From a bacterium (GTDB taxonomy: Bacteria; JADJOY01), in contig JAXLQJ010000020.1 in NCBI GenBank assembly GCA_046331705.1, forward strand, positions 62,001-111,242: a stretch of DNA of 49,242 bases, written 5' to 3'. A program made the translations under genes and the position numbers. The notes under the pieces were generated by a model. That model saw nothing but the letters and a program-made list of their open reading frames with translations. It did not search any database and was not told the origin of the DNA. Position 1 is the first letter of the stretch. Each line of letters begins with the position of its first letter. Below, piece after piece: positions 36,999 through 47,209 of the stretch.

Positions 36999-37952
36999 TC
37001 AGCGGGCGACGCGCAGCAGCACCTTCAGCACTCCCGGCGCCGCCGCGCGCTGGAACGCCTCGACGCCCCGCTCGAGCGGGCATTGCGCGCTCACCAGCGC
37101 CGACACGTCGACGCGCTTCGCCGCCAGCGCCGCGATCGCCGGCTCGAAGCGCCCGCAGCGGGATCCTTGAATGCGCACCTCGTTGATCACCGCGGGCGCC
37201 AGGTCGAGCGACGCTTGGCCGGCGACGGTGCTCTTCAGGAACACGGTGCCGCGCGGCCGCACGATCGCGAGCGCTGCTTGAAGCCCACCCGCCGTTCCCG
37301 TGCACTCGGCCACCACGTCCGCGCGCAAGGCACCGACGCGCTCGACGAGCCGCACCCGCACGCCGCTCTTTCGCAACGTGCGCAGCTTCTCCTCGTGCTT
37401 CCCGATCGACGTCACCGCGTAGCCCGCCTGCGCGAGCACCTGCGCGACCAACAGCCCGAGCTTGCCGTCGCCCAGCACCACCGCCTCGCGGCCGGCGTCG
37501 GCGGGCATCTGCTCCAGGATCTCGAACGCCGCCGCGACCGGCTCGACGAAGACGGCCGCTTCGTCGGGCAACGAGTCCGGGACGCGGCGCAGATTGGCGA
37601 TCGGCAGCGTCAGCCGATCGGCGAAAGCACCGTCCCGACCGAGAATGCCGAGCACCGTGCGCTTCGGGCAGTGGCGCGAGTCGCCACGCCGACAGCCCGC
37701 GCATCGACCGCAGCCGGCGTTGATCTCACCGACGACACGCCGGCCCACGAGCTTCGCCGGGCCTTCGACCACGCGCCCCACGAACTCGTGGCCGGGGACG
37801 CCCGCGAAGCCCATGTAGCCGCGAGCGAGCTCCAGGTCGGTGTTGCAGATCCCGGCGAGCAACACCTCGACTCGCGCCTCGCCGCGCGGCAGCCGCCGCT
37901 CGCGACGGTCGGGTCGATAGTGAAGCCCGTGATCCAGCACCAGCGCGCGCAT
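36999..37952 (-). CDS. Zinc-dependent MDR alcohol dehydrogenase family protein
   Basis: GICNTD, PGHEFVG, structural Zn motif CGRCAGCRRGDSRHC, GDGKLG. Confidence 0.93.
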   Translation of the reverse strand: MRALVLDHGLHYRPDRRERRLPRGEARVEVLLAGICNTDLELARGYMGFAGVPGHEFVGRVVEGPAKLVGRRVVGEINAGCGRCAGCRRGDSRHCPKRTVLGILGRDGAFADRLTLPIANLRRVPDSLPDEAAVFVEPVAAAFEILEQMPADAGREAVVLGDGKLGLLVAQVLAQAGYAVTSIGKHEEKLRTLRKSGVRVRLVERVGALRADVVAECTGTAGGLQAALAIVRPRGTVFLKSTVAGQASLDLAPAVINEVRIQGSRCGRFEPAIAALAAKRVDVSALVSAQCPLERGVEAFQRAAAPGVLKVLLRVAR

Positions 37953-38023
37953 GACGGTGCTTATAGCATCGCGGCGCGGCGAGACCGCTCGCAGCGGCGC
38001 GGGTTTCGGGCCAAGCTCGGGTC

Positions 38024-38389
38024 GTGAACGGCCGCATCCTTCCCGGTCTCGCGATCCTGCTCGCGTTCCAGCTCGCGGGCGAGGCGCTGGCGCCCCATCT
38101 CCCGCTCGCCATGCCGGGATCGGTGACGGGGATGGTGCTGCTGGCAGTGGCGCTCTTCGCCGGATGGGTGCGGATCGAGTGGGTGCGCGGCGCCGCCGAC
38201 GCGCTGCTTTCGCGACTCGGACTCTTCTTCGTTCCCGCCGGGGTGGGTGTCATGGCGCACGGGCGCCTGCTGCGGCAGGAATGGATGCCGATCGTGGTCG
38301 CGATGGCCGTGAGCACGGTGGCGGTCCTCGTCGTGACCGGCTGGACCGAGCGCTGGCTCGCCCGCAAGCGGACCCGCCGTGCCGACTGA
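38024..38389 (+). CDS. cidA: CidA/LrgA family holin-like membrane protein
   Basis: FQLAGEAL...PGSVTGMVLL...LGLFFVPAGVGVM. Overlaps the lrgB start. Confidence 0.9.
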   Translation: MNGRILPGLAILLAFQLAGEALAPHLPLAMPGSVTGMVLLAVALFAGWVRIEWVRGAADALLSRLGLFFVPAGVGVMAHGRLLRQEWMPIVVAMAVSTVAVLVVTGWTERWLARKRTRRAD

Positions 38390-39074
38390 GCTCGCGCGAT
38401 CGCCGCTCTTCGGCGTGGCGTTGACGCTCGCCGTCTTCGCCATCGCCGAGCGCGTTTACGGCCGCGTGCGCACGCCGTTCGCGCACCCCGTGGCCACGTC
38501 GATCGTCGCGATCATCGGGGCGCTCACGCTGCTCGGCGTGCCGCACGAGGCCTACGCCGCGGGCGGCAAGCTCCTGCTCTTCTTGCTCGGACCAGCGGTG
38601 GTGGCGCTGGCGGTGCCGCTCTACGATCAGCGCGCTCGCTTGGCGGGCCGCGTGCTTCCGATCCTCGCCGGGATCGTCGCGGGCGCGGTCGCCTCGATCG
38701 TCACCGCCGTCGGCACCGCGCGGCTGCTGGGCGCGAGCCGTGCCGTGGCGCTGTCGCTCGCGCCCAAATCCGTGACCACGCCGATCGCCATCGCGCTCTC
38801 CGAGCGCATCGGCGGCATCCCGCCGCTGACGGCGTGCGTGGTGGTGCTCACGGGCTGCATCGGCGCGGTGGTCGGGCCCCAGCTCTGCCGCGCGTTCGGG
38901 ATCCGCGAGCCCGTCGCGATGGGCCTGGCGATGGGCACCGCGTGCCACGGCATCGGCACGGCGCGCATGCTGGAGGTCGACGCCCTGGCGGGTGCCGTGG
39001 CCGGGCTGGCCATCGGCCTCAACGGCGTGGCGACGTCGATGATCCTGCCGCTGGTGCTGCGCTTCCTCGGCTGA
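38379..39074 (+). CDS. lrgB: LrgB/CidB family membrane protein
   Basis: LLGPAVVALAVPLY, SLAPKSVTTPIA, GLAMGTACHGIGTAR. Confidence 0.93.
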   Translation: MPTELARSPLFGVALTLAVFAIAERVYGRVRTPFAHPVATSIVAIIGALTLLGVPHEAYAAGGKLLLFLLGPAVVALAVPLYDQRARLAGRVLPILAGIVAGAVASIVTAVGTARLLGASRAVALSLAPKSVTTPIAIALSERIGGIPPLTACVVVLTGCIGAVVGPQLCRAFGIREPVAMGLAMGTACHGIGTARMLEVDALAGAVAGLAIGLNGVATSMILPLVLRFLG

Positions 39075-39160
39075 CGCTGCACGCGCGGCGCGGGCTCGAC
39101 CCGGTCACGCGCCGCGCGGCGCGCTCGCGAACGTCGCTCGCCGGTAACCCGGCGGACGGC

Positions 39161-40774
39161 TCACGACCACTGCCAGTCCTTGTAGCGATCGCGCAGCGCG
39201 GCTTTGAGGAACTTGCCGGTGGACGTGCGTGGGATCTCGTCGATGAAGACGAAGGCGTCCGGCATCCACCACTTGGCGATCTTCCCTTCCAGATACGCGC
39301 GCAGATCCGCCTCGCTCAGATCCCGCCCCGATTCGCGCACGATCACCGCCAGCGGCCGCTCGTCCCACTTCGGATGAGGCACCGCGATCACCGCCGCCTC
39401 CTTGACGTCGGGATGGCCCATGAGCGCGTTCTCGAGATCCACCGAGCTGATCCACTCGCCGCCCGACTTGATGAGATCCTTGGTGCGGTCGGTGAGCTTC
39501 ACGTAGCCATCGCCGTCGATGGTCGCGACGTCGCCGGTTCGAAACCAGCCGTCGGCCGTCCACTTCTCGTCGGTGTCGTCGAGGCGGTAGTAGCTGCCCG
39601 CCACCCACGGCCCGCGTACCTGCAGCTCGCCCATGCTCTTGCCGTCCCACGGCGCGGGACCGCTCTCGGCGACCACGCGGCACTCGACGAACGGCGCGGG
39701 AATGCCCTGCTTCGCGCGATACGCGTACTGCTCGTCGAGCGGCCGATCGAGGAGGTGGTCCTTGACGTAGCTCACGGTGCCGAGCGGCGCGGTCTCGGTC
39801 ATGCCCCAGGCCTGAATGAGCTTCCAACCGAGCCGGTCGAACTCGCGGATCATGCTCTCGGGAGGCGCCGAGCCGCCCACGGCCATGCGCAACCCGGGTT
39901 GCGTCTTCCAGCGGCCGGGGTTCCGATTCATGGCATCGAGCATGCCCATCCAGATCGTGGGCACGCCTGCCGACATCGTGACCTTCTCTTCCTGAAAGAG
40001 GTCGAGAAGCAGATCGGGCGCCAGGTGCGGCCCGGGGAACGCGATCTTGGCGCCCACCATCACGGCGGTGAACGGTAGCCCCCAGGCGTTGGCGTGGAAC
40101 ATCGGCACGACGGGCGTGATCACGTCGCGCTGGCAGAGCGCCAGGGTGTCCACGAGACCGGCGGCGAACGTGTGCAACACGATCGCTCGGTGCGAATAGA
40201 GAACGCCCTTGGGCTTTCCCGTGGTGCCCGACGTGTAGCACATGCCCGCCGCCTCGTTCTCGTCGAGCGCCGGCGGCGTCCATTCCGAGCTCGCGCCAGC
40301 GATGAAGTCCTCGTAGCTGGTGGTTCCCGGCGGAACCGGCTTGCCGGTGAGCGGCACCACGATCACCCGCTCGAAGCGGTGCTTGTCCCGCCACGGCTCG
40401 TAGATCGGCCACAGCACGTCGTCGACGATCAGGAAGCGGTCGTCGGCATGCCCCGCGATGTAAGCGATGTCGTCGGGGTGCAGCCGCAAGTTGAGCGTGT
40501 GCAGCACGCCGCCCGCGGCGGGGATGCCGAAGTACGCCTCCAGATGCCATGCGTGGTTCCACATCAGCGTCGCGACTCGGTCGCCGCGGCGCAGGCCGGC
40601 GCGCGTGAGCGCCTCGCCGAGCGCCCGCGCACGGCGATGAAAGGCGCGGTAATCCGTGCGATGGATCGACTTGTCGGGCAGACGCGAGCAGATCTCGCGA
40701 CTGGCGAAGAGCGCTCCCGCGCGCTCGAGGATCGAGGTCAAGGTGAGCGGGAAATCCATCATCTGACCACGCAT
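39161..40774 (-). CDS. Fatty-acid/acyl-CoA ligase (AlkK/DmdB-like)
   Basis: ATG 40774 has a [73 protein letters not shown]. Confidence 0.95.
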   Translation of the reverse strand: MRGQMMDFPLTLTSILERAGALFASREICSRLPDKSIHRTDYRAFHRRARALGEALTRAGLRRGDRVATLMWNHAWHLEAYFGIPAAGGVLHTLNLRLHPDDIAYIAGHADDRFLIVDDVLWPIYEPWRDKHRFERVIVVPLTGKPVPPGTTSYEDFIAGASSEWTPPALDENEAAGMCYTSGTTGKPKGVLYSHRAIVLHTFAAGLVDTLALCQRDVITPVVPMFHANAWGLPFTAVMVGAKIAFPGPHLAPDLLLDLFQEEKVTMSAGVPTIWMGMLDAMNRNPGRWKTQPGLRMAVGGSAPPESMIREFDRLGWKLIQAWGMTETAPLGTVSYVKDHLLDRPLDEQYAYRAKQGIPAPFVECRVVAESGPAPWDGKSMGELQVRGPWVAGSYYRLDDTDEKWTADGWFRTGDVATIDGDGYVKLTDRTKDLIKSGGEWISSVDLENALMGHPDVKEAAVIAVPHPKWDERPLAVIVRESGRDLSEADLRAYLEGKIAKWWMPDAFVFIDEIPRTSTGKFLKAALRDRYKDWQWS

Positions 40775-40964
40775 GCGTCGTTCCTCCCCTGGCGATTCGG
40801 TGGCGGCGAGGCTCGATCGAGCCCCTGCCACGAAGACGGCGGCCGATCCTAGCAGCACCGGCGCGCCGCGCGCTGGCGGCCCCGCGATCGCCGACGGGCC
40901 GAGCGACGGGGTGAAGCCGCAGCCGTTTGCGCGGCGCGTCAGGCCCTGTTTTGCTGGGCCGCGC

Positions 40965-43448
40965 ATGATTCGGCTCAGCCGCTCGCGACGTGCATCCACC
41001 GCGCTGGTGTTCGGCGTGGTGTTCCTGGGCGTGATGGTGCTCACCGCCATCCAGATCACGCACAGCTCCATGTCCACGAGCGCCGCGCTGATCACGTCGC
41101 ATCGCCTGCTCGGCCAGATCTCCTGGACGCGCGCGCTGCTCATCCAGATCGACGAAGGCGTCGAGGCCTATCTGCTGACCGGCAAGGGCGAGTCGCTCAC
41201 GCCGTACGAGACCGGTCGGCGCACGATCCTCTCCGCCCTCGACGAGCTGGCGCAGCTCGCCCCGCACCGCGAGGCAGACGTGGCGCAGCTGCGCGCGCTC
41301 GTGGTCCAGAAGCTCGCGATCACCGCACAGCTGGTGCAGATGCGCTCCACCAGCGGCCTCGACGCCGCGCGCAAGCTCTTCGTCGACGGCAATCGCAGCG
41401 ACGTGACGACGGAGCTCGACCAAGTCCTCAATCGCCTCACCAACGAGGAGCGCGCCGCCGCCGAGCACCGCGCGGCGAGCCGCAGCTTCCGCGCGCAGTT
41501 CGAGATCGTGGTGGTGGTGCTGTGCGGCGCGCTTTCGTTCTCGCTGGTGGCGCTGGCGGTGCACTTGCTGCGCCGCGAGATCACCGAGCGCAAGCGCGCC
41601 GAGCGCGCCGTCGAGGAGAACGCCTCGTTGCTGCGCGCCGTCACCGACGGCACCGCCGACCTCGTCTATCTGAAGGACCTCGAGGGACGGTTCCGGATGG
41701 TGAACTCGTCGTTCGCGCGCTCGGTGGGGGCGGCGGCGGAAGACGTGGTCGGGCGCCTCGATCGCGAGGTGATGCCGAGCGCCGGCGAGGGCGTCGATCC
41801 GCGCACCAGCGACGTCGAGCTGGCGCGCACGGGCCGCTCGGCCTCGTTCGAGGAGACCCGCGTCATCGGCGGATACGCGCGCACGTTCCTCTCCACGAAG
41901 ACCGTGCAGCGCGACGTGGACGGCCGATCGGTGGGGATCATCGGCATCGCCCGCGACATCACCGATCGCATTCGCGCCGAGGCCGAGCTGCGCGACAGCG
42001 AGCAGCGTTTCCGCGCGCTCAGCAACGCATCGCCGACGGGCATCTGGCGCTGCGATCGCCATGGCCGCTGCACCTACACCAATCCGCAATGGCAGCGCAT
42101 GTCGGGGCTCAGCTTCGAGCAGGCCCTCGGCGAGGGCTGGATGCGCACGGTCCACCCGGACGATCTGACGGCCGCGCGCGAGATCTTCCTGCGCGCCGCG
42201 CGCGACGGCGCCGACTTCGTCACCGAGATCCGCTTCGCGCGCACCGACGGCGAGATCCGCTGGGTGCGCATCCGCGGCGCGCCGGTGGTGAGCCCGGCCG
42301 GTGACATCACCGGCTACGTGGGCACCAGCGACGACATCACCGATCGTCGCCTGGTCGAGGAGAGCCTGCGCGCCGCCAACGCACGGCTGGAGCGGCAGCA
42401 GGCGGAGCTTCAGGTGCTGAGCGAGATGGGCGAGTTCCTGCAGGCGTGCCAGGGCTCGGCGGAGGCGTATCCGATCGTCGCCAAATCGCTCGCGAAGCTG
42501 TTCGCGGGGACCAAGGGCTGGATCGCGATGATCTCGCCGTCGCGCAACAGCGTCGACGAGGTCGCGGCTTGGGGCGAGGGTGTCGCGCCGAGCGAGTCGT
42601 TTGCGCCCGACGAGTGCTGGGCGCTGCGACGCGGCAAGCTGCACGCGGTGCTCGCGCCCGGGGACGGGCCGCGCTGCGCCCATCTCGGCGACTCGCCGAG
42701 CGAGCGCTACCTGTGCGTGCCCATGATGGCGCAGGGCGAGGCCCTGGGCGTGCTGCACTGCCGCGTCGACGGGTCGCCGCAGGTCGCGGGCGCGGATCCC
42801 GGGCGGCACGCGGGCGGGATCGACCTCGATTCCGGTCTGATCGTGAACGCCGCCGAGCACGTGGCGCTGGCGCTCGCCAACGTGAACCTGCGCGAGACGC
42901 TGCGCAATCAATCGATCCGCGATCCGCTGTCGTCGGTCTACAACCGCCGCTTCATGGAGGAATCGCTCGACCGCGAAGTGCAGCGGGCCGAGCGGCGCGG
43001 CTGGCCGATCGGGCTCATCATGCTCGACCTCGACCATTTCAAGAGCTTCAACGACGCGTACGGCCACGAGGCGGGCGACGCGATCATCCGCGCGCTGGGC
43101 GGCTTCCTCCAATCGCGGGTGCGCGCCAGCGACATCGTGTGCCGCTACGGCGGCGAGGAGTTCGTGATCATCCTCCCCGAGTCCGCGGCGGCGCAGACGA
43201 TCGAGCGCGCCGAGCTCTTGTGCCGCGACCTGCGCGGCACGAGCTTCAAGGTCGACGACCGAGCGCTCGGACCGATCACGCTTTCCGCCGGCGTCGCCGT
43301 GCTCCCCGATCACGCCGCCAACGCCACCGAGCTGCTGCGCGCTGCGGATGCGGCGCTCTATCGCGCCAAGGAAGACGGCCGCGACCGCGTGGTGGTGGCG
43401 ACCCCCACGGCGGCCACGTCGGTGGCGACGTCGATCGCGGCATCGTGA
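40965..43448 (+). CDS. Membrane-bound diguanylate cyclase (CHASE3-PAS-PAS-GAF-GGDEF)
   Basis: Two TM helices around an AYLLTG CHASE3-like domain, two PAS/PAC units, GAF (CWALRRG...CVPMMAQGE), DLDHFK, RASD I-site and GGEEF. Confidence 0.95.
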   Translation: MIRLSRSRRASTALVFGVVFLGVMVLTAIQITHSSMSTSAALITSHRLLGQISWTRALLIQIDEGVEAYLLTGKGESLTPYETGRRTILSALDELAQLAPHREADVAQLRALVVQKLAITAQLVQMRSTSGLDAARKLFVDGNRSDVTTELDQVLNRLTNEERAAAEHRAASRSFRAQFEIVVVVLCGALSFSLVALAVHLLRREITERKRAERAVEENASLLRAVTDGTADLVYLKDLEGRFRMVNSSFARSVGAAAEDVVGRLDREVMPSAGEGVDPRTSDVELARTGRSASFEETRVIGGYARTFLSTKTVQRDVDGRSVGIIGIARDITDRIRAEAELRDSEQRFRALSNASPTGIWRCDRHGRCTYTNPQWQRMSGLSFEQALGEGWMRTVHPDDLTAAREIFLRAARDGADFVTEIRFARTDGEIRWVRIRGAPVVSPAGDITGYVGTSDDITDRRLVEESLRAANARLERQQAELQVLSEMGEFLQACQGSAEAYPIVAKSLAKLFAGTKGWIAMISPSRNSVDEVAAWGEGVAPSESFAPDECWALRRGKLHAVLAPGDGPRCAHLGDSPSERYLCVPMMAQGEALGVLHCRVDGSPQVAGADPGRHAGGIDLDSGLIVNAAEHVALALANVNLRETLRNQSIRDPLSSVYNRRFMEESLDREVQRAERRGWPIGLIMLDLDHFKSFNDAYGHEAGDAIIRALGGFLQSRVRASDIVCRYGGEEFVIILPESAAAQTIERAELLCRDLRGTSFKVDDRALGPITLSAGVAVLPDHAANATELLRAADAALYRAKEDGRDRVVVATPTAATSVATSIAAS

Positions 43449-43797
43449 CCGGCGACGACGAGGGAACGCGGCGACACACGCACCTCGCGATCGAGGTGGC
43501 GACCGCGCTGAACCGGGCGCTGCACGATCGACCGCGCGCGATCGACCGCGCACGCTCCTCGGCCCCAGCAGGCGCATGGTCATGAGCCGGGCCAGCCGCT
43601 GCACCTACCCCGACGTGGTCGTCGTGTGCGGCCCCGCACCGTTCACGGACGCGCGCGAAGAGCCCCTGCCGAGCCCGACACTCATCGTCGACGGGCTCTC
43701 GCGCAGCACCGCGAGCGACGCCCGCGGCCGCCAGCTCGAGAACGACCGGACGATTGCCTCGCTCTCGGAGGACGTGCGCGTCGCGCCCGCCGTGTGA
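43445..43797 (+). pseudogene. Decayed Uma2-family restriction-fold endonuclease gene
   Basis: One frame reads GTRRHTHLAIEVATAL..DRP. Another reads YPDVVVVCG..FTD...PTLIVDGLSRSTASDARG..LE..RTIASL, matching the Uma2 pattern YPDV.V.C...NP.LIVEVLSPST..YDRG.KF..YR.IPSL. Frameshifted, truncated, and missing key residues. Confidence 0.7.
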
Positions 43798-44118
43798 CGG
43801 CGCGACGGGCCGCGGCCGGGTCGTCGGAGCGGGCGGAAGCCACCGCCGCGACCTCGATCGAAGGGACCGCCCAGCGCGATCCCGAGCGACGAAGCCACCC
43901 GTTGATGCGCCAGCCCGGGACGCAGGAGCACGATCGACTCGCGATCGACGATCTGCGCCACGAGGTGGTCGGGAACCTTCCTCGGGTCCTCGGGGGTCGC
44001 GCGTGCCCGTACGGGCTCGGCCAGCGCTCGCTCCACCCCGATCCACCACGGCGAGTTCTCAGAAACGTCACACTCGCGTAAAAGTCGGATCGTGCCTCGT
44101 GGTTCGAGGGAGGATCCG

Positions 44119-47100
44119 ATGCTTGAGCCCAGCCGCGTTCGTTCGTGCGTCGTCTTCGTCGCTCTTCTCGTCGGCGTCGCGTGCAGCAACGACAAGACGA
44201 ACGGCAGCGGCGGCGCCAGCTCCGCCGCCTACGCGAGGCGCATCACCTCGGCGGCGGAGCTCATCGGCGGGACGCGTGCGCAAGGCCGCGTGGGCGACTG
44301 GCTCATCGGCAACGGCCGCATCCGCGTGATCGTCCAGGACGTGGACGCGGAGCGCTCGATCCACGGCATCTCCCAGTACGGCGGCACGATCCTCGACGCG
44401 GACGTGGTGCGCGCGCCCGGCGATCCCGGCAACGACCAGTTCGAGGAGCTGGCGTTGATGGTGAACCTCGAGTCCACGCTGCGACCGACGGACATCGAGA
44501 TCGTCGCCGACGGCAGCGACGGCGGGCCCGCGACCATCCGCGTCACGGGTGTCGACGACCTCCTCGACTCGCTCAACTTCTCGTCGCAGGTGCAGGCGCT
44601 CGGCGGCGGCATCGTGAAGCTGCCGTCGGCGTTCGACGATCACGACCTACCGATCAGCATCGCCACCGAGTACACGCTCGCCCCCGGCTCGAACGCGATC
44701 GAGATGCGCACCACCATTCGGAACGACGCGAGCGGCCGCAAGCCTCCCACGCTCCACATTCCCGTGGGCGACTTCCTGAGCGGCTCGGGACGCCTCGAAG
44801 CCTTCGTTCCCGGCCTCGGCTTCGGCGGCAATCTCACCGGCGAGCTGACGTTGCGTGGCGAGACCGACTTCGTGGCATTCACCGGCATCGAAGAGGGCAG
44901 AGGCGTGAGCTACGGCTACGCGCCGAGCCCCACCGCGAACTCCAGCGTGAGCGCCTCGGGCCTGCACTTCGTCCTCGCCGGCAACAAGGTGCTGCGACTC
45001 TTGCTCGGTCTCGAAGACCCGGCGCTCGCGGTTCCACCAGGGTCCGAGGCGCTCTACGTGCGCTGGTTCGTGGTCGGCAACGGCGACATCGCCTCCGTGC
45101 AGGGTCCGATGCACCAGCTCATCGGGCGATCCACGGCGGCCGTCCGCGGTCGGGTCACCGTCGACGGACAGCCGCTCGCCGGCGCACGCGTGGCGGCGCT
45201 CTCGAGCGAGGGCGTGCCCGATCAGGCGCAGACCAACGTCGTCACCTCGTTCGAGGCCGCGGGCGACGGCACGTTCACGGGCACGCTTCCCGTCGGCCAT
45301 TACGCGCTGGAAGCCGATGCGACGGGCTATCCGTGGGACGGCTCGAGCACTCCGACGCGGCACGAGATCGACGTCGTCGCTGGCCAGACCGCCGAGGTCG
45401 AGATCGCCTTGCCGTCGACGGGCCACCTGCGCGTCCACGTCGCCGACGGCCCGACCGGGACGGCGCTTCCCGCGAAGGTGAGCCTCGTCGGCAAGGACCC
45501 GAGCCCACCCGCGGCGCAAGACCAGGACTTGCCGTTGCTCGCGAACCGCGCCGGCCTCTTCCGCGACGTCACGGGCGATCCGCTCCCCCACGGCCTCTCG
45601 CGGGTGCTGTTCGTGGACCTCGGCGGCGACTCGGGCGACGTCCTCGTCGAGCCCGGCCGCTACCGCGTGGTGGTCTCGCGTGGCCCCGAGTACTCGACCC
45701 ACGACGAGGTGGTGGAAGTGCGTGCCGGCAACACCACCAACGTGGACGCCAAGCTCACCCGCGTGGTGGACACGGCGGGCTTCGTGAGCGCCGACTTCCA
45801 CCAGCACCTGATCAACAGTTTCGATTCCAACATCGCCATCGAGCAGCGCATCCGCACCCACCTCGGCGAGGGGCTCGAGCACGCCGTCTCGACCGACCAC
45901 GACTTCCTCACGGACTTGGCGCCCACCATCCACGCCATGGGCGCCGATGCCTGGGTGAGCGCCGGGATCGGCGAGGAGATCACCTCACCCGACTACGGCC
46001 ACTTCAACGCGTGGCCGCTGACGATCGACACCACCAAGCTCGATGGCGGCGCGCTCGATTGGGGCGGTGGGCGCCAAGCGGCGCCTGGCAAGAACTTCCC
46101 CTCGCAGGGGGCCTTCGCGATGACACCGGGGGAGATCTTCGCCGCGATCCGCGACAACATCCTCGACCGCGACTCGGCGCCCGAGGTGGTGCAGATCAAC
46201 CACATCAACGACTCGATCGGGATGTTCGAGCTGCTCGGCGTCGACACGCGCACGCTCTCGACGTCCGGCTTCACCGCGGCGCATCCGCCCGCGACCTTCC
46301 GCTTGCCGGGCGAGCCGGGCGCCAACTTCTTCGACGCGCGCTTCGATGCCCTCGAGCTCTTGATCCAGTCGGACGCCGACTCGATCACCCGCTTCCTCGA
46401 TCAGAACTTCGGCGACTGGACCAACCTGCTCGACGCCGGGATCGTGAGCACCGCCACCGGCAACTCCGACACCCACACCCAGCACAAGGTTCCGGTCGGC
46501 TCGCCGCGCAACTTCGTCGCTTCCAGCACCGACTCGCCGGCCGCCGTGAACGCGCAAGAGATCGCCGACGCCGTGCGCGGCGGCCACGTGGTGATGTCGA
46601 ACGCGCCCTTCGTGTCGGTGCGCCTCGTCGACGCCGCCAGCGGCGAAGAAGCGAGTCTCGCTTTCGGCAAGAATCGCGTGGTCGGGGCGGCCGACGGCCG
46701 CGTCACCCTCGAGATTCGCGTCCAGTCGCCGACCTGGGCGGCCTACGACGAGGTCGCGATCTACCGCAACGCGGCCTCGACCGCGACCGACGAGGACGGC
46801 GACCCCGCCACGCCGCCCTACTACAAGCCCATCCCGGAGCGCGTGCGCACCCGCGGCACCGATCTCACCGTCGAGACCGTCGCCGTCGGCGGCGCGAGCC
46901 GCCTCGAGAGCACGCTCACCGAGACCTTCGAGGGCCTCACCGCGGACTCGTGGTTCGTGGTGCTGGTGCGCGGCACGCCGGGAGTCTCGGCGCCGCTCTT
47001 CCCGGTGATCCCGAACGACGTCGACCCGAGCCAGGACCCAGGCGATCTCGTCACGGGCGTGCCGCGCGGCGGCGTGACCGCGCTCGCGCTCACCAACCCG

Positions 47101-47193
47101 CTGTTCGCGGACGTCGATGGAAACGGCCGCTTCGATGCGCCACCCGCGCTCCGCAGCGGGTTGAGTCCTCGCGGACCCGGAAGTCGAGGGTGA
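44119..47193 (+). CDS. Large lipoprotein with carboxypeptidase-regulatory-like Ig domains and a C-terminal PHP-type (CehA/McbA-like) metallohydrolase
   Basis: GGAGG SD, lipobox VGVAC, DFHQH...DS, STDHD, GEEIT...GHFNAWP, QINH, GNSDTH. Confidence 0.88.
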   Translation: MLEPSRVRSCVVFVALLVGVACSNDKTNGSGGASSAAYARRITSAAELIGGTRAQGRVGDWLIGNGRIRVIVQDVDAERSIHGISQYGGTILDADVVRAPGDPGNDQFEELALMVNLESTLRPTDIEIVADGSDGGPATIRVTGVDDLLDSLNFSSQVQALGGGIVKLPSAFDDHDLPISIATEYTLAPGSNAIEMRTTIRNDASGRKPPTLHIPVGDFLSGSGRLEAFVPGLGFGGNLTGELTLRGETDFVAFTGIEEGRGVSYGYAPSPTANSSVSASGLHFVLAGNKVLRLLLGLEDPALAVPPGSEALYVRWFVVGNGDIASVQGPMHQLIGRSTAAVRGRVTVDGQPLAGARVAALSSEGVPDQAQTNVVTSFEAAGDGTFTGTLPVGHYALEADATGYPWDGSSTPTRHEIDVVAGQTAEVEIALPSTGHLRVHVADGPTGTALPAKVSLVGKDPSPPAAQDQDLPLLANRAGLFRDVTGDPLPHGLSRVLFVDLGGDSGDVLVEPGRYRVVVSRGPEYSTHDEVVEVRAGNTTNVDAKLTRVVDTAGFVSADFHQHLINSFDSNIAIEQRIRTHLGEGLEHAVSTDHDFLTDLAPTIHAMGADAWVSAGIGEEITSPDYGHFNAWPLTIDTTKLDGGALDWGGGRQAAPGKNFPSQGAFAMTPGEIFAAIRDNILDRDSAPEVVQINHINDSIGMFELLGVDTRTLSTSGFTAAHPPATFRLPGEPGANFFDARFDALELLIQSDADSITRFLDQNFGDWTNLLDAGIVSTATGNSDTHTQHKVPVGSPRNFVASSTDSPAAVNAQEIADAVRGGHVVMSNAPFVSVRLVDAASGEEASLAFGKNRVVGAADGRVTLEIRVQSPTWAAYDEVAIYRNAASTATDEDGDPATPPYYKPIPERVRTRGTDLTVETVAVGGASRLESTLTETFEGLTADSWFVVLVRGTPGVSAPLFPVIPNDVDPSQDPGDLVTGVPRGGVTALALTNPLFADVDGNGRFDAPPALRSGLSPRGPGSRG

Positions 47194-47209
47194 CGACTCG
47201 CGCGGCGAA

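Noticed and set aside
39105-43604. 1499-aa minus-strand ORF
   Set aside because: Antisense to the diguanylate cyclase and off-frame to the CoA ligase, with no coherent domain.
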